Positions 55,518 through 64,000 of a stretch of DNA of 64,000 nucleotides are shown here, one piece after another (within the stretch, counting starts at the first letter, position 1; each line of letters starts with the position of its first letter). The DNA is from Holosporales bacterium. GTDB lineage: Bacteria; Pseudomonadota; Alphaproteobacteria; UBA3830; JAIRWN01. The notes below the pieces were generated by a model that was not told the origin of the DNA, did no database searches, and saw only the letters and a list, made by a program, of their open reading frames with translations. A program made the position numbers and the translations under genes. The DNA lies in the NCBI GenBank assembly GCA_031267535.1, contig JAIRYS010000021.1, positions 1 through 64,000 of the forward strand, written 5' to 3'.

Positions 55518-58403
55518 GTGGTTTTGGAAAAGGCTGTTGTTGTGTTTTTTGATCATTTTGCCAATCTAAGCGCGTTAGATGCTTGGATAGTTGTTATGTA
55601 CCTCGTTGTTACCTTAATCATAGGGGTCCTTCATTCCTCAAAAGTGAAAAATTTGTGGGAGTTTTCTGTTTGGGACAGAAATTACTCTGTATCAGTCACA
55701 GTGGCGACCTTGGTTGCATCGCTTATTGGAAGCAGCTCTGTCATGGGGCTTTGCGAAAAAGTTTATCAAGTTGGGTTTTTGATGATCCTGTGCTACTACG
55801 GCGCCGCCATCAATAAGTGGTTTATGGCAAAGTTTCTTGCCGAGCCCATTGCACATTTTCGCAAAGCAATATCTATGGGCGATATCATGGGCGCTTTATA
55901 TGGAAATGCAGCCAAGTTTATGTCTGGCATATCGATTACCCTACGTCTGGTCGGAAGCATGGGCGCTCAGGTGGCGGCTATAGGCTTCGTGTTTAATTAT
56001 TTTTTCGGGACGTCCTATGTTATAGGCACTATCATAGCGTGTGGGGTTACAACGCTGTACGCCGCAGTGGGCGGTGTTAGATCAGTAGTGCTAACAGATA
56101 TATTTCAATTCATAATTACAATAGTCGTTCTGCCGCTCAGCTTAGGGCTCGGAATTTTACAAATGGGAGGCTTTGAAAACATAATTGCCTCGCTGCCATC
56201 ATCCCATTTGCAGATTATCCCGACTAAAATTGAACACTGGAATATATTCCTGGTGTGGTCTTTCAGTGGGATGTCCTCAATTGCCGTGCAAAGAATGTTA
56301 ATGGCAAAAACGCCTAAAATGGCCAAAAAATCATTGTATTTATCAACATCTATTTCTGTATTGGTGTTTACTTCGGTCGGAATCATTGGCCTTATAACAA
56401 AAATTATTCAACCGGATGTAAATCCAAATTTGGCATTTTTTGCTTTTACCAATTCAGTTATGCCAGAAGGTTTAAAGGGGGTTATGGTGGCTGGGTTTTT
56501 AGCCATTATTATGTCTACCGCTGATTCTATTTTAAACACAGCGAGCGTGGCGTTTGTTAATGATGTTTTGTTCCAAATCCCAAGACTTACAGAAAGGATG
56601 CGTCTTATTCTGGCCAAGTTATCTACGCTTGTGTTTGGGTTTGGCACTCTTTACATTGCCTTCAATTGCAAAAGCGTACTTGAGCTTGCTTTACAGGCCT
56701 ATATTGTCTGGACGCCCGTTGTGGTCGTGCCATTTGTCGCAGGGTTGCTGGGTTTTATAACGACTCCGGTCACTTTCTTTTGCGCGGCGGCGGCTGGCAT
56801 TACAACTGTTTTGGTTTTTATATTTTTTGGAATCGGCAATCCAAGGATAGACGCCATTATTCCAGCAATGTTGTCTAACTGTGTGTTTTTCTTCTCGTCC
56901 CATTATGTACAAAAGTACTTTTTCGGCGAATATTTCAAAAAAGCAACCAATGATAGAAGGCGGGCTATATCCGATGCACAAAAGAGCGACTACAAATATT
57001 TTATCGATCCGCCCAAAATAGAATTCACGTTGCTAAGACGTGTTCAATGCTTTTTTTCGAGATTCGGTTTTAGTGTTTTTAAGTGGGGCAATATACTAAA
57101 GTTTTGCTCTCGGCATGTTGTAAAAAGTGGCGCAGAATATTTGACGTTTAGCATTTTTGGCGTGATCAACTATGTTGTTCCATACTTTATGTGGTCGAAC
57201 ACAGACGTAAACAGTGTTGTAGTATTGGCTTTAAGAATCATGGCGGGATCTTTATGTGTCGCGCTGATGTTATGGGAAAAACTGCCTAGCGATTACGAGA
57301 AGTATCGCCCCGCTTTTTGGTACATTGCTGTCACGTTTTGTTTGCCGTTCTATACAACTTTTATGGTGCTTTACCATTGGAGCGATACTATGTGGATTAT
57401 TAACGCAACTTTATCGGCCTTTTTGCTTGGTTTGTTGGTTGACTGGACGATGTTTTGTGTCTCACTGACGACGGGCGCAATTTTTGGTTGTCTCAGCTAT
57501 CATTTTTTCGTCGACGCAAGCGCTGTTGTGCTGAGCAATAATACCACAATACATCAATTGCTTTACATCGCGGTATTTTCCATTGCTATCGTTTATCTCT
57601 TTGGACGCAAAAATGAAATGCGCATCCAAGACCGACTGAACAACTTGCATACAATTTCTGATTTATTGGCTCACCGAGTTAGCGCGCCTTTGTTAAACGC
57701 TGAAAGCAACTTTAAGTTCATTGCTCGTAATTTGCCAACCTATGTTAAGGCTTATGACAAAGCAGTTGGCGCCAGGCTCATAACGCCAGAATCGCTGGAA
57801 TCCCGCGGTAATTTGCTAACCTGTTCCAAGAAGGTTGCTTTCAATCTGAAGTGTTCATTATTGTTTATAAAGTCTATGTTGGCGCACACTCAAGAAGATG
57901 AGGACCCCACCTCGCCGGACAATGGAGGATATATTAGGTCGTCCGACATTTTGAAGGAGGCTGTTGAATCGTTTCCTATGTCTGTCGACGACCCCATTAA
58001 AATTACCTTAAGAGAGGATAAAAGCTTCATTTTGAAATGCAACAAAGAAAAATTTTTTCACGTGATTATTAATATACTTAGGAATGCTCAAGAGGCTATT
58101 TTCGAAAAAGGAATAAGAATGGATGTGCTTAATGGTGAGATTGAAATTTTCACGTTTGCCGGAGATTCTTTTAATACAATAACAGTACGCGACAATGGAA
58201 TAGGAATACCTGAAGATATCAGAAAGCGCGTCTTCGACCGATTTTTTACGACAAAGTCCAAGCTGGGAGCTGGGCTTGGCCTTTACTTTTGCAAACTTGT
58301 TGTCAAAAAAATTGGAGGAACCATAGACCTTGAATCAGAAGAGGGTAAGTTTACCCGCTTTATTATTACTCTGCCTAAGTTTTATAACGATGCGAGCAGG
58401 TAG
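55518..58403 (+). CDS. Sodium:solute-symporter-domain sensor histidine kinase (SSS + extra multi-TM module + HisKA/HATPase), 961 aa
   Basis: Residues ~10-480 form an SSS/SLC5-like 13-14 TM domain. Residues ~540-700 form a second ~6-TM block. H-box LLAHRVSAPL (His719, nt 57672-57674). N-box NILRNAQEAI, G1 VRDNGIGIP, F-box FDRFFTTK, G2 GAGLGLYFC. Confidence 0.85.
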   Translation: MVLEKAVVVFFDHFANLSALDAWIVVMYLVVTLIIGVLHSSKVKNLWEFSVWDRNYSVSVTVATLVASLIGSSSVMGLCEKVYQVGFLMILCYYGAAINKWFMAKFLAEPIAHFRKAISMGDIMGALYGNAAKFMSGISITLRLVGSMGAQVAAIGFVFNYFFGTSYVIGTIIACGVTTLYAAVGGVRSVVLTDIFQFIITIVVLPLSLGLGILQMGGFENIIASLPSSHLQIIPTKIEHWNIFLVWSFSGMSSIAVQRMLMAKTPKMAKKSLYLSTSISVLVFTSVGIIGLITKIIQPDVNPNLAFFAFTNSVMPEGLKGVMVAGFLAIIMSTADSILNTASVAFVNDVLFQIPRLTERMRLILAKLSTLVFGFGTLYIAFNCKSVLELALQAYIVWTPVVVVPFVAGLLGFITTPVTFFCAAAAGITTVLVFIFFGIGNPRIDAIIPAMLSNCVFFFSSHYVQKYFFGEYFKKATNDRRRAISDAQKSDYKYFIDPPKIEFTLLRRVQCFFSRFGFSVFKWGNILKFCSRHVVKSGAEYLTFSIFGVINYVVPYFMWSNTDVNSVVVLALRIMAGSLCVALMLWEKLPSDYEKYRPAFWYIAVTFCLPFYTTFMVLYHWSDTMWIINATLSAFLLGLLVDWTMFCVSLTTGAIFGCLSYHFFVDASAVVLSNNTTIHQLLYIAVFSIAIVYLFGRKNEMRIQDRLNNLHTISDLLAHRVSAPLLNAESNFKFIARNLPTYVKAYDKAVGARLITPESLESRGNLLTCSKKVAFNLKCSLLFIKSMLAHTQEDEDPTSPDNGGYIRSSDILKEAVESFPMSVDDPIKITLREDKSFILKCNKEKFFHVIINILRNAQEAIFEKGIRMDVLNGEIEIFTFAGDSFNTITVRDNGIGIPEDIRKRVFDRFFTTKSKLGAGLGLYFCKLVVKKIGGTIDLESEEGKFTRFIITLPKFYNDASR

Positions 58404-58478
58404 CGCTAGCTGCAGCTGTCGTGTTGACTTGCTTATTGCGACGATGTAGGGTCCAGAATCATTATCTTCTGGCTAATC

Positions 58479-59756
58479 ATGAGCAAAGCAAAGATCGATA
58501 CAGAATTTCAGACCATGAAAAAGGTTATTTTATCCTGCATCGCAGGAAGCTCTTTAGAATGGTACGATTTTGCCCTGTATGGTTACTTTGCCGCTTTGCT
58601 TGGAAGGTTGTTTTTTCCCTTTGGCGACGAGTTTCAGCAGCTTATTGCCTCGTTCGGTGCATTCGCCTCCGGACTTATCGCTCGCCCAGTTGGCGCGGTG
58701 ATGTTTGGTTATATTGGCGATATATTGGGGCGGAAAAAAGCGTTGATAATTTCTATATACATGATGGCGATACCCACCGCCGCCATGGCTTTATTGCCCA
58801 CTTATGAATATTTAGGCGTCTGGTCCGGCGTACTGCTTACGTTGATTCGGATTATTCAGGGGCTTGCGCTCGGCGGCGGGTTTACAGGCACCATGGTGTT
58901 TATCTACGAACATTCAAGTAAAGAGCGTCGAGGAACCTATTCGTCTTGGGCGCCATTCAGTCTGGTGTTCGGTTTTGTATTGGGCGCAGTTATTGCAACC
59001 GTTGCAAGCTTTGCGCTGGACAATGATACTTTAGAATCATGGGGATGGAGAGTTCCTTTTGGTATCAGCTTCGTCGGCGCCTTCATAGCCAAATATGTTC
59101 AAAAGCGGCTTTCAGATCCGAAAGAATTTCTCGATGCTAAAAAGCAAAAGACAGAGAAAGAACCGCTGCTTAGAAGTTTGTTTTCACGGCATTGGAGGGC
59201 TCTTATATTAGTTGTCGCAATTGATGTGCTGACGGCGTGTGGCTATTTTCTGTTATCCGTTTTCATTCCTACATACTTTGACAAGATGCTGGATTTTGGT
59301 ATGCAGACGAGCTTCCTCATAACCAGCATAAACATGGTGTTATTTTCTTTATCAATTCTGCTTGGAGGATGGTTGTCCGACAGATTCGGTAAACGCAAGC
59401 AGATGATTACCGCTTCGGTTTTGTTGGCCGTGTTGGTTTATCCATTGTTTTTGGTTATGAAAATAGGGCCCGTTTCGGCTATGCTGAGCCACTTTGGGCT
59501 GATATTCTTATTTTCTATATACTACGGCCCTATACCGGCGGCTATTTGTTCCGTTTTCCCAGTTAAAACAAGGCTGATAGGGGTTTCCATTGCTCATAAC
59601 TTCGCTATGGCTGCTTTTGGAGCATATGCCCCTACCATGGCCACGTACTTGATAAAATGGTCCGGAAACATCTCAATCCCAGCAGCGCTGTTCGTCATAA
59701 GCGCACTGCTTACCGTTGCAGGACTGTATGTTTGGGAAGAAGGCAAAAGCTATTAG
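58479..59756 (+). CDS. MFS transporter, metabolite:H+ symporter (MHS/ProP-like) family
   Basis: 425 aa with 12 TM helices. The N-terminal GSSLEWYDFALYGYFA motif is typical of the MHS family. Confidence 0.85.
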   Translation: MSKAKIDTEFQTMKKVILSCIAGSSLEWYDFALYGYFAALLGRLFFPFGDEFQQLIASFGAFASGLIARPVGAVMFGYIGDILGRKKALIISIYMMAIPTAAMALLPTYEYLGVWSGVLLTLIRIIQGLALGGGFTGTMVFIYEHSSKERRGTYSSWAPFSLVFGFVLGAVIATVASFALDNDTLESWGWRVPFGISFVGAFIAKYVQKRLSDPKEFLDAKKQKTEKEPLLRSLFSRHWRALILVVAIDVLTACGYFLLSVFIPTYFDKMLDFGMQTSFLITSINMVLFSLSILLGGWLSDRFGKRKQMITASVLLAVLVYPLFLVMKIGPVSAMLSHFGLIFLFSIYYGPIPAAICSVFPVKTRLIGVSIAHNFAMAAFGAYAPTMATYLIKWSGNISIPAALFVISALLTVAGLYVWEEGKSY

Positions 59757-59865
59757 GCAATTTAAATGCACGATATAGCTATATAGCTACCTGCTTATTC
59801 AGAAAACTATAGCTGATACCAGCTTAGGTATACGGGGTTGGTTTAGCTGTCGTTATACTCTGATT

Positions 59866-60405
59866 TTAAGCTAGCCAGTGTTGATATACACACCTGACGC
59901 AAAGCGCTATGGCAACGCAAAACAGTCCAACGAACAGCGGACTGTGCGTAGCTGAATAATTATTGCGTACGGGCTGCTTAGATTTTTTACCTATAAAGCT
60001 GTAATAACAGATGTTGCCGGCATAGCCATAAATAACGCAGTAAATCAGAACGTCTAATTGTTGAAAATGCTCTTCACAAATAGGCCCTTGTCCATGAGAA
60101 AGGATGCCCCAAATTGGCTCGATAATATAATTATGGAACCCGACATGGAAAAGAAAAATGGGGCCCAAAAGAAAAATGGCCGCATATAAATACATTTTCC
60201 TATATAAAAACCAAAACAGGCTAAACGATGCTGCCGCCCAATTAAATGAAAACACTTTATTGCCTTCATGAATATCGTTTAATTTATTCAGATAATATGT
60301 ATCGCGCTTACACGTCTTCCCTGATTTCTTGCAAACGAAATCAAGTATTGATTTTTGGTAATCGTTCAGCCTTACGGTTTTTGATATGTCGGATTGTTTG
60401 TTCAC
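59866..60405 (-). CDS. DUF2628-like membrane protein
   Basis: FSFNWAAASFSLFWFLYRKMYLYA resembles the DUF2628 core (NW.AF.....W.LYRKM). 3-4 TM helices. Confidence 0.6.
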   Translation of the reverse strand: MNKQSDISKTVRLNDYQKSILDFVCKKSGKTCKRDTYYLNKLNDIHEGNKVFSFNWAAASFSLFWFLYRKMYLYAAIFLLGPIFLFHVGFHNYIIEPIWGILSHGQGPICEEHFQQLDVLIYCVIYGYAGNICYYSFIGKKSKQPVRNNYSATHSPLFVGLFCVAIALCVRCVYQHWLA

Positions 60406-60569
60406 ATTTCGACTTTAACAGCGCCGCTGATCATATCAGCATATCAGCGGTATTTACAATAGCGGCAGTTAAGCGTTTCCAGATCGCATTTTACAAAGCT
60501 TTGCTTCGTTGATTTTGCCAAAATCGATATCTATAATCTCGTCGACATTCAGTATATTCAATTACAATA

Positions 60570-62063
60570 ATGACGGCCTTGCTTCAACTTAAAAACGTCA
60601 GTAAAAGCTTTGGAGCGCGGCGTTTGTTCCAGGACGTAAGCTTTACCATAAACGACGACGAGCATGTTGGGGTCATCGGACACAATGGCGCCGGTAAGAC
60701 TACGCTGTTTGATATTATCATTGGTAAACAAGAGTCAGATGACGGAACTATAACCAAGTCGACCAATCTGCACATCGCCTATCTGTCGCAACATGACGAC
60801 TTTACGCCAGAGGAAACTGCCGAAGACTATATTATACGTGTTGCAAATGTCATGTCGTGGGAGGTGCAGTCCCAATGTGCAGATTTCGATATTGACGAGT
60901 ATCGCCTTCAGAAAAAAATATCTGCCTTAAGCGGCGGGTATAAAATGAGGTGCAAACTGCTGGGCTTGTCATTGCAAAAAGCCGATTTACTGCTGTTGGA
61001 CGAGCCAAGTAATTATCTGGATCTGGACACTATATTGGTGCTAGAGCGTTTTTTGCAAGGGTTCTCTGGCGCATTTATGGTGATCTCTCATGATCAGGAG
61101 TTTCTGCGTCGAACAACCACTCATATCCTGGAAATTGAAGACGGCGAAGCGACCAAATTCAATGGAAATCTTGACGATTACTTCGAACAAAAACAAATGT
61201 TGCGGGAACAACTTGAAGCCCATGCAGCAAGCCTTAAAGAACGCCGAGATGAAATCTTACGCTTTGTTGCGAGGTTTGGCGCCAAAGCGACTAAAGCCAA
61301 GCAAGCTCAGTCGCGCTTGAAACAACTTGATAAGATGGAGACGGTTGAGGTTAAGCCAATTCCAGTATCAGCAAAAATCAAAATACCGCCGCCAACCCAT
61401 TGCGGAAAAGTTGCTTTAATCATTAAAGACGCAGATCTTGGGTATGGCAACAACAGGATATTAAGAAACGTGTCGTTTACGATACAACGTGGCGATCATA
61501 TCGTGGTTACCGGCGCTAATGGTCGAGGAAAGACCACTTTGCTTAAAAGCTTGGCTGGCGCCATCCCACTTCTTAAAGGCACATTAGAGTTGGGGCACGA
61601 AGTCAGCCTAGCTTACTATGCCCAACATGTTTCGGAGCAGTTGAAGCCGGAACTGACTGTGCTGGAAGAACTTGTGCGCGCAAAGGACACTTCGATAACT
61701 GAGCAAGAAGCCAAAAATCTAGCCGGAACGCTGTTGTTCACAAAGGACGACATGAATAAGAAGATTAAAATTCTTTCCGGTGGCGAGAAGTCGCGTGTGG
61801 CCTTGGGGTGCGTTTTGCTGAAAAAGGTCAATTGCCTTCTTTTGGACGAACCAACTAACCATCTGGATTTTCAAACGACGGCAGCCCTCTCGCAAGCGCT
61901 GCACGAATACGGCGGCGCCATTATAGTTGTCAGCCACGACCGAGCCTTTGTTAGGACGCTCAGTAAAAAGACTGTCGAGGTCCAAGCAGACGGTACTGTT
62001 GCCGTCTATCCTGGTACTTATGATGAGTATATTTGGTCGTTGCAGAGAAGGCTTAGACAATAA
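60570..62063 (+). CDS. ABC-F family ATP-binding protein (two ABC domains, no TMD)
   Basis: GHNGAGKTT / LSGGYKMR / LLLDEPSNYLD in the first domain. A charged inter-domain linker. GANGRGKTT / LSGGEKSR / LLLDEPTNHLD in the second. Confidence 0.92.
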   Translation: MTALLQLKNVSKSFGARRLFQDVSFTINDDEHVGVIGHNGAGKTTLFDIIIGKQESDDGTITKSTNLHIAYLSQHDDFTPEETAEDYIIRVANVMSWEVQSQCADFDIDEYRLQKKISALSGGYKMRCKLLGLSLQKADLLLLDEPSNYLDLDTILVLERFLQGFSGAFMVISHDQEFLRRTTTHILEIEDGEATKFNGNLDDYFEQKQMLREQLEAHAASLKERRDEILRFVARFGAKATKAKQAQSRLKQLDKMETVEVKPIPVSAKIKIPPPTHCGKVALIIKDADLGYGNNRILRNVSFTIQRGDHIVVTGANGRGKTTLLKSLAGAIPLLKGTLELGHEVSLAYYAQHVSEQLKPELTVLEELVRAKDTSITEQEAKNLAGTLLFTKDDMNKKIKILSGGEKSRVALGCVLLKKVNCLLLDEPTNHLDFQTTAALSQALHEYGGAIIVVSHDRAFVRTLSKKTVEVQADGTVAVYPGTYDEYIWSLQRRLRQ

Positions 62064-62124
62064 TCAAAGGATAAGCAAGTCGCGTTTCTTGTGTTAGCAT
62101 ATACTTTTCCGCATCAGAGCGTTT

Positions 62125-64000
62125 ATGTCTAAGGGCTTATTTAAGCTACAGTCTGATTATGTGCCTGCCGGCGACCAACCCAAGGCAATAGAAAGCATCG
62201 TTTCCGGTTTTCTGGAAAGTGAGAAAGAACAAGTCCTTCTGGGCGTTACCGGGTCTGGCAAAACGTTTACCATGGCCAATGTGATTGCCAGGCTTGGCGT
62301 TCCGGCTCTGATCATGGCTCCTAACAAAACTTTGGCAGCTCAACTTTACGGAGAGATGAAAGGGTTTTTCCCCGATAATGCCGTAGAGTACTTCGTTTCG
62401 TATTACGACTACTACCAACCAGAAGCTTATGTGCCAAGAACGGACACTTTCATCGAGAAAGAGGCGACCATAAACCAACAAATAGACCGCATGCGCCACA
62501 GCGCAACTCAGGCGCTGCTCGAGCGCAAAGACGTTGTCGTTGTAGCCAGCGTATCTTGTATATATGGCATAGGGTCGCCCGAGACTTACGGCAAGATGGT
62601 CATTCCTGTCTATAAAGGAGAGAAAATTAACAGAGAAGACCTGATCAGAAAACTTATCAGCCTGCAATATACACGCACAGATTTTTACCTTGAGCGCGGC
62701 ACTTTTCGCGTAAATGGCGACACAGTAGATATCTTTCCTTCGCATCTAGAAGACAAGGCTTTTAGGCTAATACTTTTTGGGGACGACCTTGAGGGAATAT
62801 TTATAATCGATCCCCTCAGCAGTAAAAGACAAGAATCCCTAGACGCAATCAAGATTTACGCCAACAGCCACTATGTCACTTCACGAGAAATCGTCTCTCT
62901 CGCTATCGGAGAAATAAAGCACGAGCTTGCATCTGTATATGATGGCTTTAAGCAAAAAGAGCAGCTGATCGAGGCTCAACGTATAAGCGAGCGCATAAAG
63001 TTTGACCTAGAGATGCTTGAGCTTACCGGGCATTGCCGGGGAATCGAAAACTATTCGCGGTATTTAACCGGACGCTCAGAAGGCGAGCCGCCTCCGACAT
63101 TGTTCGAATATCTGCCCAAGGACGCGTTGCTTATCGTTGACGAAAGTCACGTTGCCGTCCCCCAAATTGGAGGTATGTACAACGGCGACAGGCAAAGAAA
63201 GCAAACGTTGGTTAACTATGGTTTTAGGTTGCCGTCTTGTTTGGACAATCGACCGTTGAAGTTCGAAGAATGGGATACAATGAAGCCCAAAACGCTGTTT
63301 GTGTCTGCTACCCCGGGGAAAATTGAGCTTGAGAACGTCCATGGCGAAGTAACTGAGCAGATCATCAGGCCAACCGGCTTAATCGATCCGGAATGCTTCG
63401 TTCGGCCAACTGAACATCAAATCGACGACCTTATTAACGAATGCGTAAAAGTAATCGCCAACGGTCACAGAATCCTTGTGACGACGCTTACGAAACGGAT
63501 GGCTGAAGACTTGACCAAATACATGGCCGAGGCCGGATTGAAAGTAAATTACATTCATTCAGATATAGATACGCTAGAGCGAATCGAGACCATCAGGCAA
63601 TTCCGCTTAGGCATATTTAATGTGCTGGTTGGGATAAACCTGCTTCGTGAGGGGCTTGATATACCGGAATGCAGTCTAGTGGCAATACTTGACGCCGATA
63701 AAGAAGGATTTTTGCGGTCCAAAACTTCTTTAATCCAAACCATCGGCCGAGCAGCCAGAAATATTGAAGGGCGAGTGATTTTTTATGCAGACTCTGTCAC
63801 TGAGTCTATGCGCATGGCTATGGAAGAAACTAACCGCCGCCGAGTATTGCAAGAAAGCTACAACAAAGAACATGGCATAACTCCGGATGGGATTAAGAAG
63901 TCTATAAGCGATATTCTTGGATCGGTATGCGACCAAGATTCCTTTACAGTTGGCGTTGATACGTCGCCCAAAAATTCTAAGGCGACAGGAAAACGCCTAA
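62125..64000 (+). CDS. uvrB: Excinuclease ABC subunit B (3' end beyond right edge)
   Basis: Not in the ORF track because it has no stop in the window. ATG at 62125. [22 protein letters not shown]..., [30 protein letters not shown], and helicase motifs to the window end. The minus ORF 62146-62745 is antisense noise. Confidence 0.96.
   Translation, partial: MSKGLFKLQSDYVPAGDQPKAIESIVSGFLESEKEQVLLGVTGSGKTFTMANVIARLGVPALIMAPNKTLAAQLYGEMKGFFPDNAVEYFVSYYDYYQPEAYVPRTDTFIEKEATINQQIDRMRHSATQALLERKDVVVVASVSCIYGIGSPETYGKMVIPVYKGEKINREDLIRKLISLQYTRTDFYLERGTFRVNGDTVDIFPSHLEDKAFRLILFGDDLEGIFIIDPLSSKRQESLDAIKIYANSHYVTSREIVSLAIGEIKHELASVYDGFKQKEQLIEAQRISERIKFDLEMLELTGHCRGIENYSRYLTGRSEGEPPPTLFEYLPKDALLIVDESHVAVPQIGGMYNGDRQRKQTLVNYGFRLPSCLDNRPLKFEEWDTMKPKTLFVSATPGKIELENVHGEVTEQIIRPTGLIDPECFVRPTEHQIDDLINECVKVIANGHRILVTTLTKRMAEDLTKYMAEAGLKVNYIHSDIDTLERIETIRQFRLGIFNVLVGINLLREGLDIPECSLVAILDADKEGFLRSKTSLIQTIGRAARNIEGRVIFYADSVTESMRMAMEETNRRRVLQESYNKEHGITPDGIKKSISDILGSVCDQDSFTVGVDTSPKNSKATGKRL

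Noticed and set aside
59776-59789. 14-bp perfect palindrome TAGCTATATAGCTA (with another TATAGCT copy at ~59808) between the convergent MFS and DUF2628 genes
   Set aside because: It is AT-rich, has no loop, and lies between two gene 3' ends. It is probably a weak terminator element or chance, and there is no further support.

Overview
This is a chromosomal segment of an alphaproteobacterium. The class-typical markers are ctrA, hdaA, a TIGR02300 zinc-ribbon protein, a HemY-like TPR protein, a GTA-type terminase and gatCAB. Scattered housekeeping synteny, a missing folP and pal, BspA-type LRR and secreted orphan proteins suggest a host-associated or intracellular lineage (Holosporales/Rickettsiales-like). 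That placement is inference only. About 85% of the window is tightly packed core genes: the 16S rRNA 5' end, gatCAB, tsaB, greA, lnt, recG, holC, ndk, pgsA, hdaA, der, tolQRAB, hemW, ruvX, rpmI-rplT, ihfA, clpB, ctrA, murB, pnp, parAB-rsmG, glmM, ftsH, ftsZ, gap and uvrB. There are also three tRNAs (Asn-GTT, Leu-CAG, Gly-GCC). I found no CRISPR array, IS element, integrase, reverse transcriptase or recognisable defence-island gene set, and I cannot point to a clear multi-gene novel system. The most unusual single loci are listed below.
- A 961-aa fusion of a sodium:solute-symporter domain, a second roughly 6-TM module and a histidine kinase, with no partner regulator.
- A secreted 505-aa orphan protein with an HExxH motif.
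- A secreted GH5 glycoside hydrolase 6 nt behind pnp, next to a secreted proline-rich orphan and tRNA-Gly.
- A solitary but intact GTA-type large terminase between ftsZ and gap.
- A BspA-type LRR protein upstream of the rRNA gene.
- A small islet with relBE, a CDF metal exporter and yefM-yoeB.
Sequence-level sites seen by eye are a near-consensus parS inside rsmG, a TTAA-N7-TTAA CtrA box upstream of ctrA, a consensus DnaA box upstream of ftsZ, Fur-box-like repeats upstream of the CDF gene, and several long G/C homopolymers, including C10 inside der. All family assignments come from motif recognition by eye. No database search was run.
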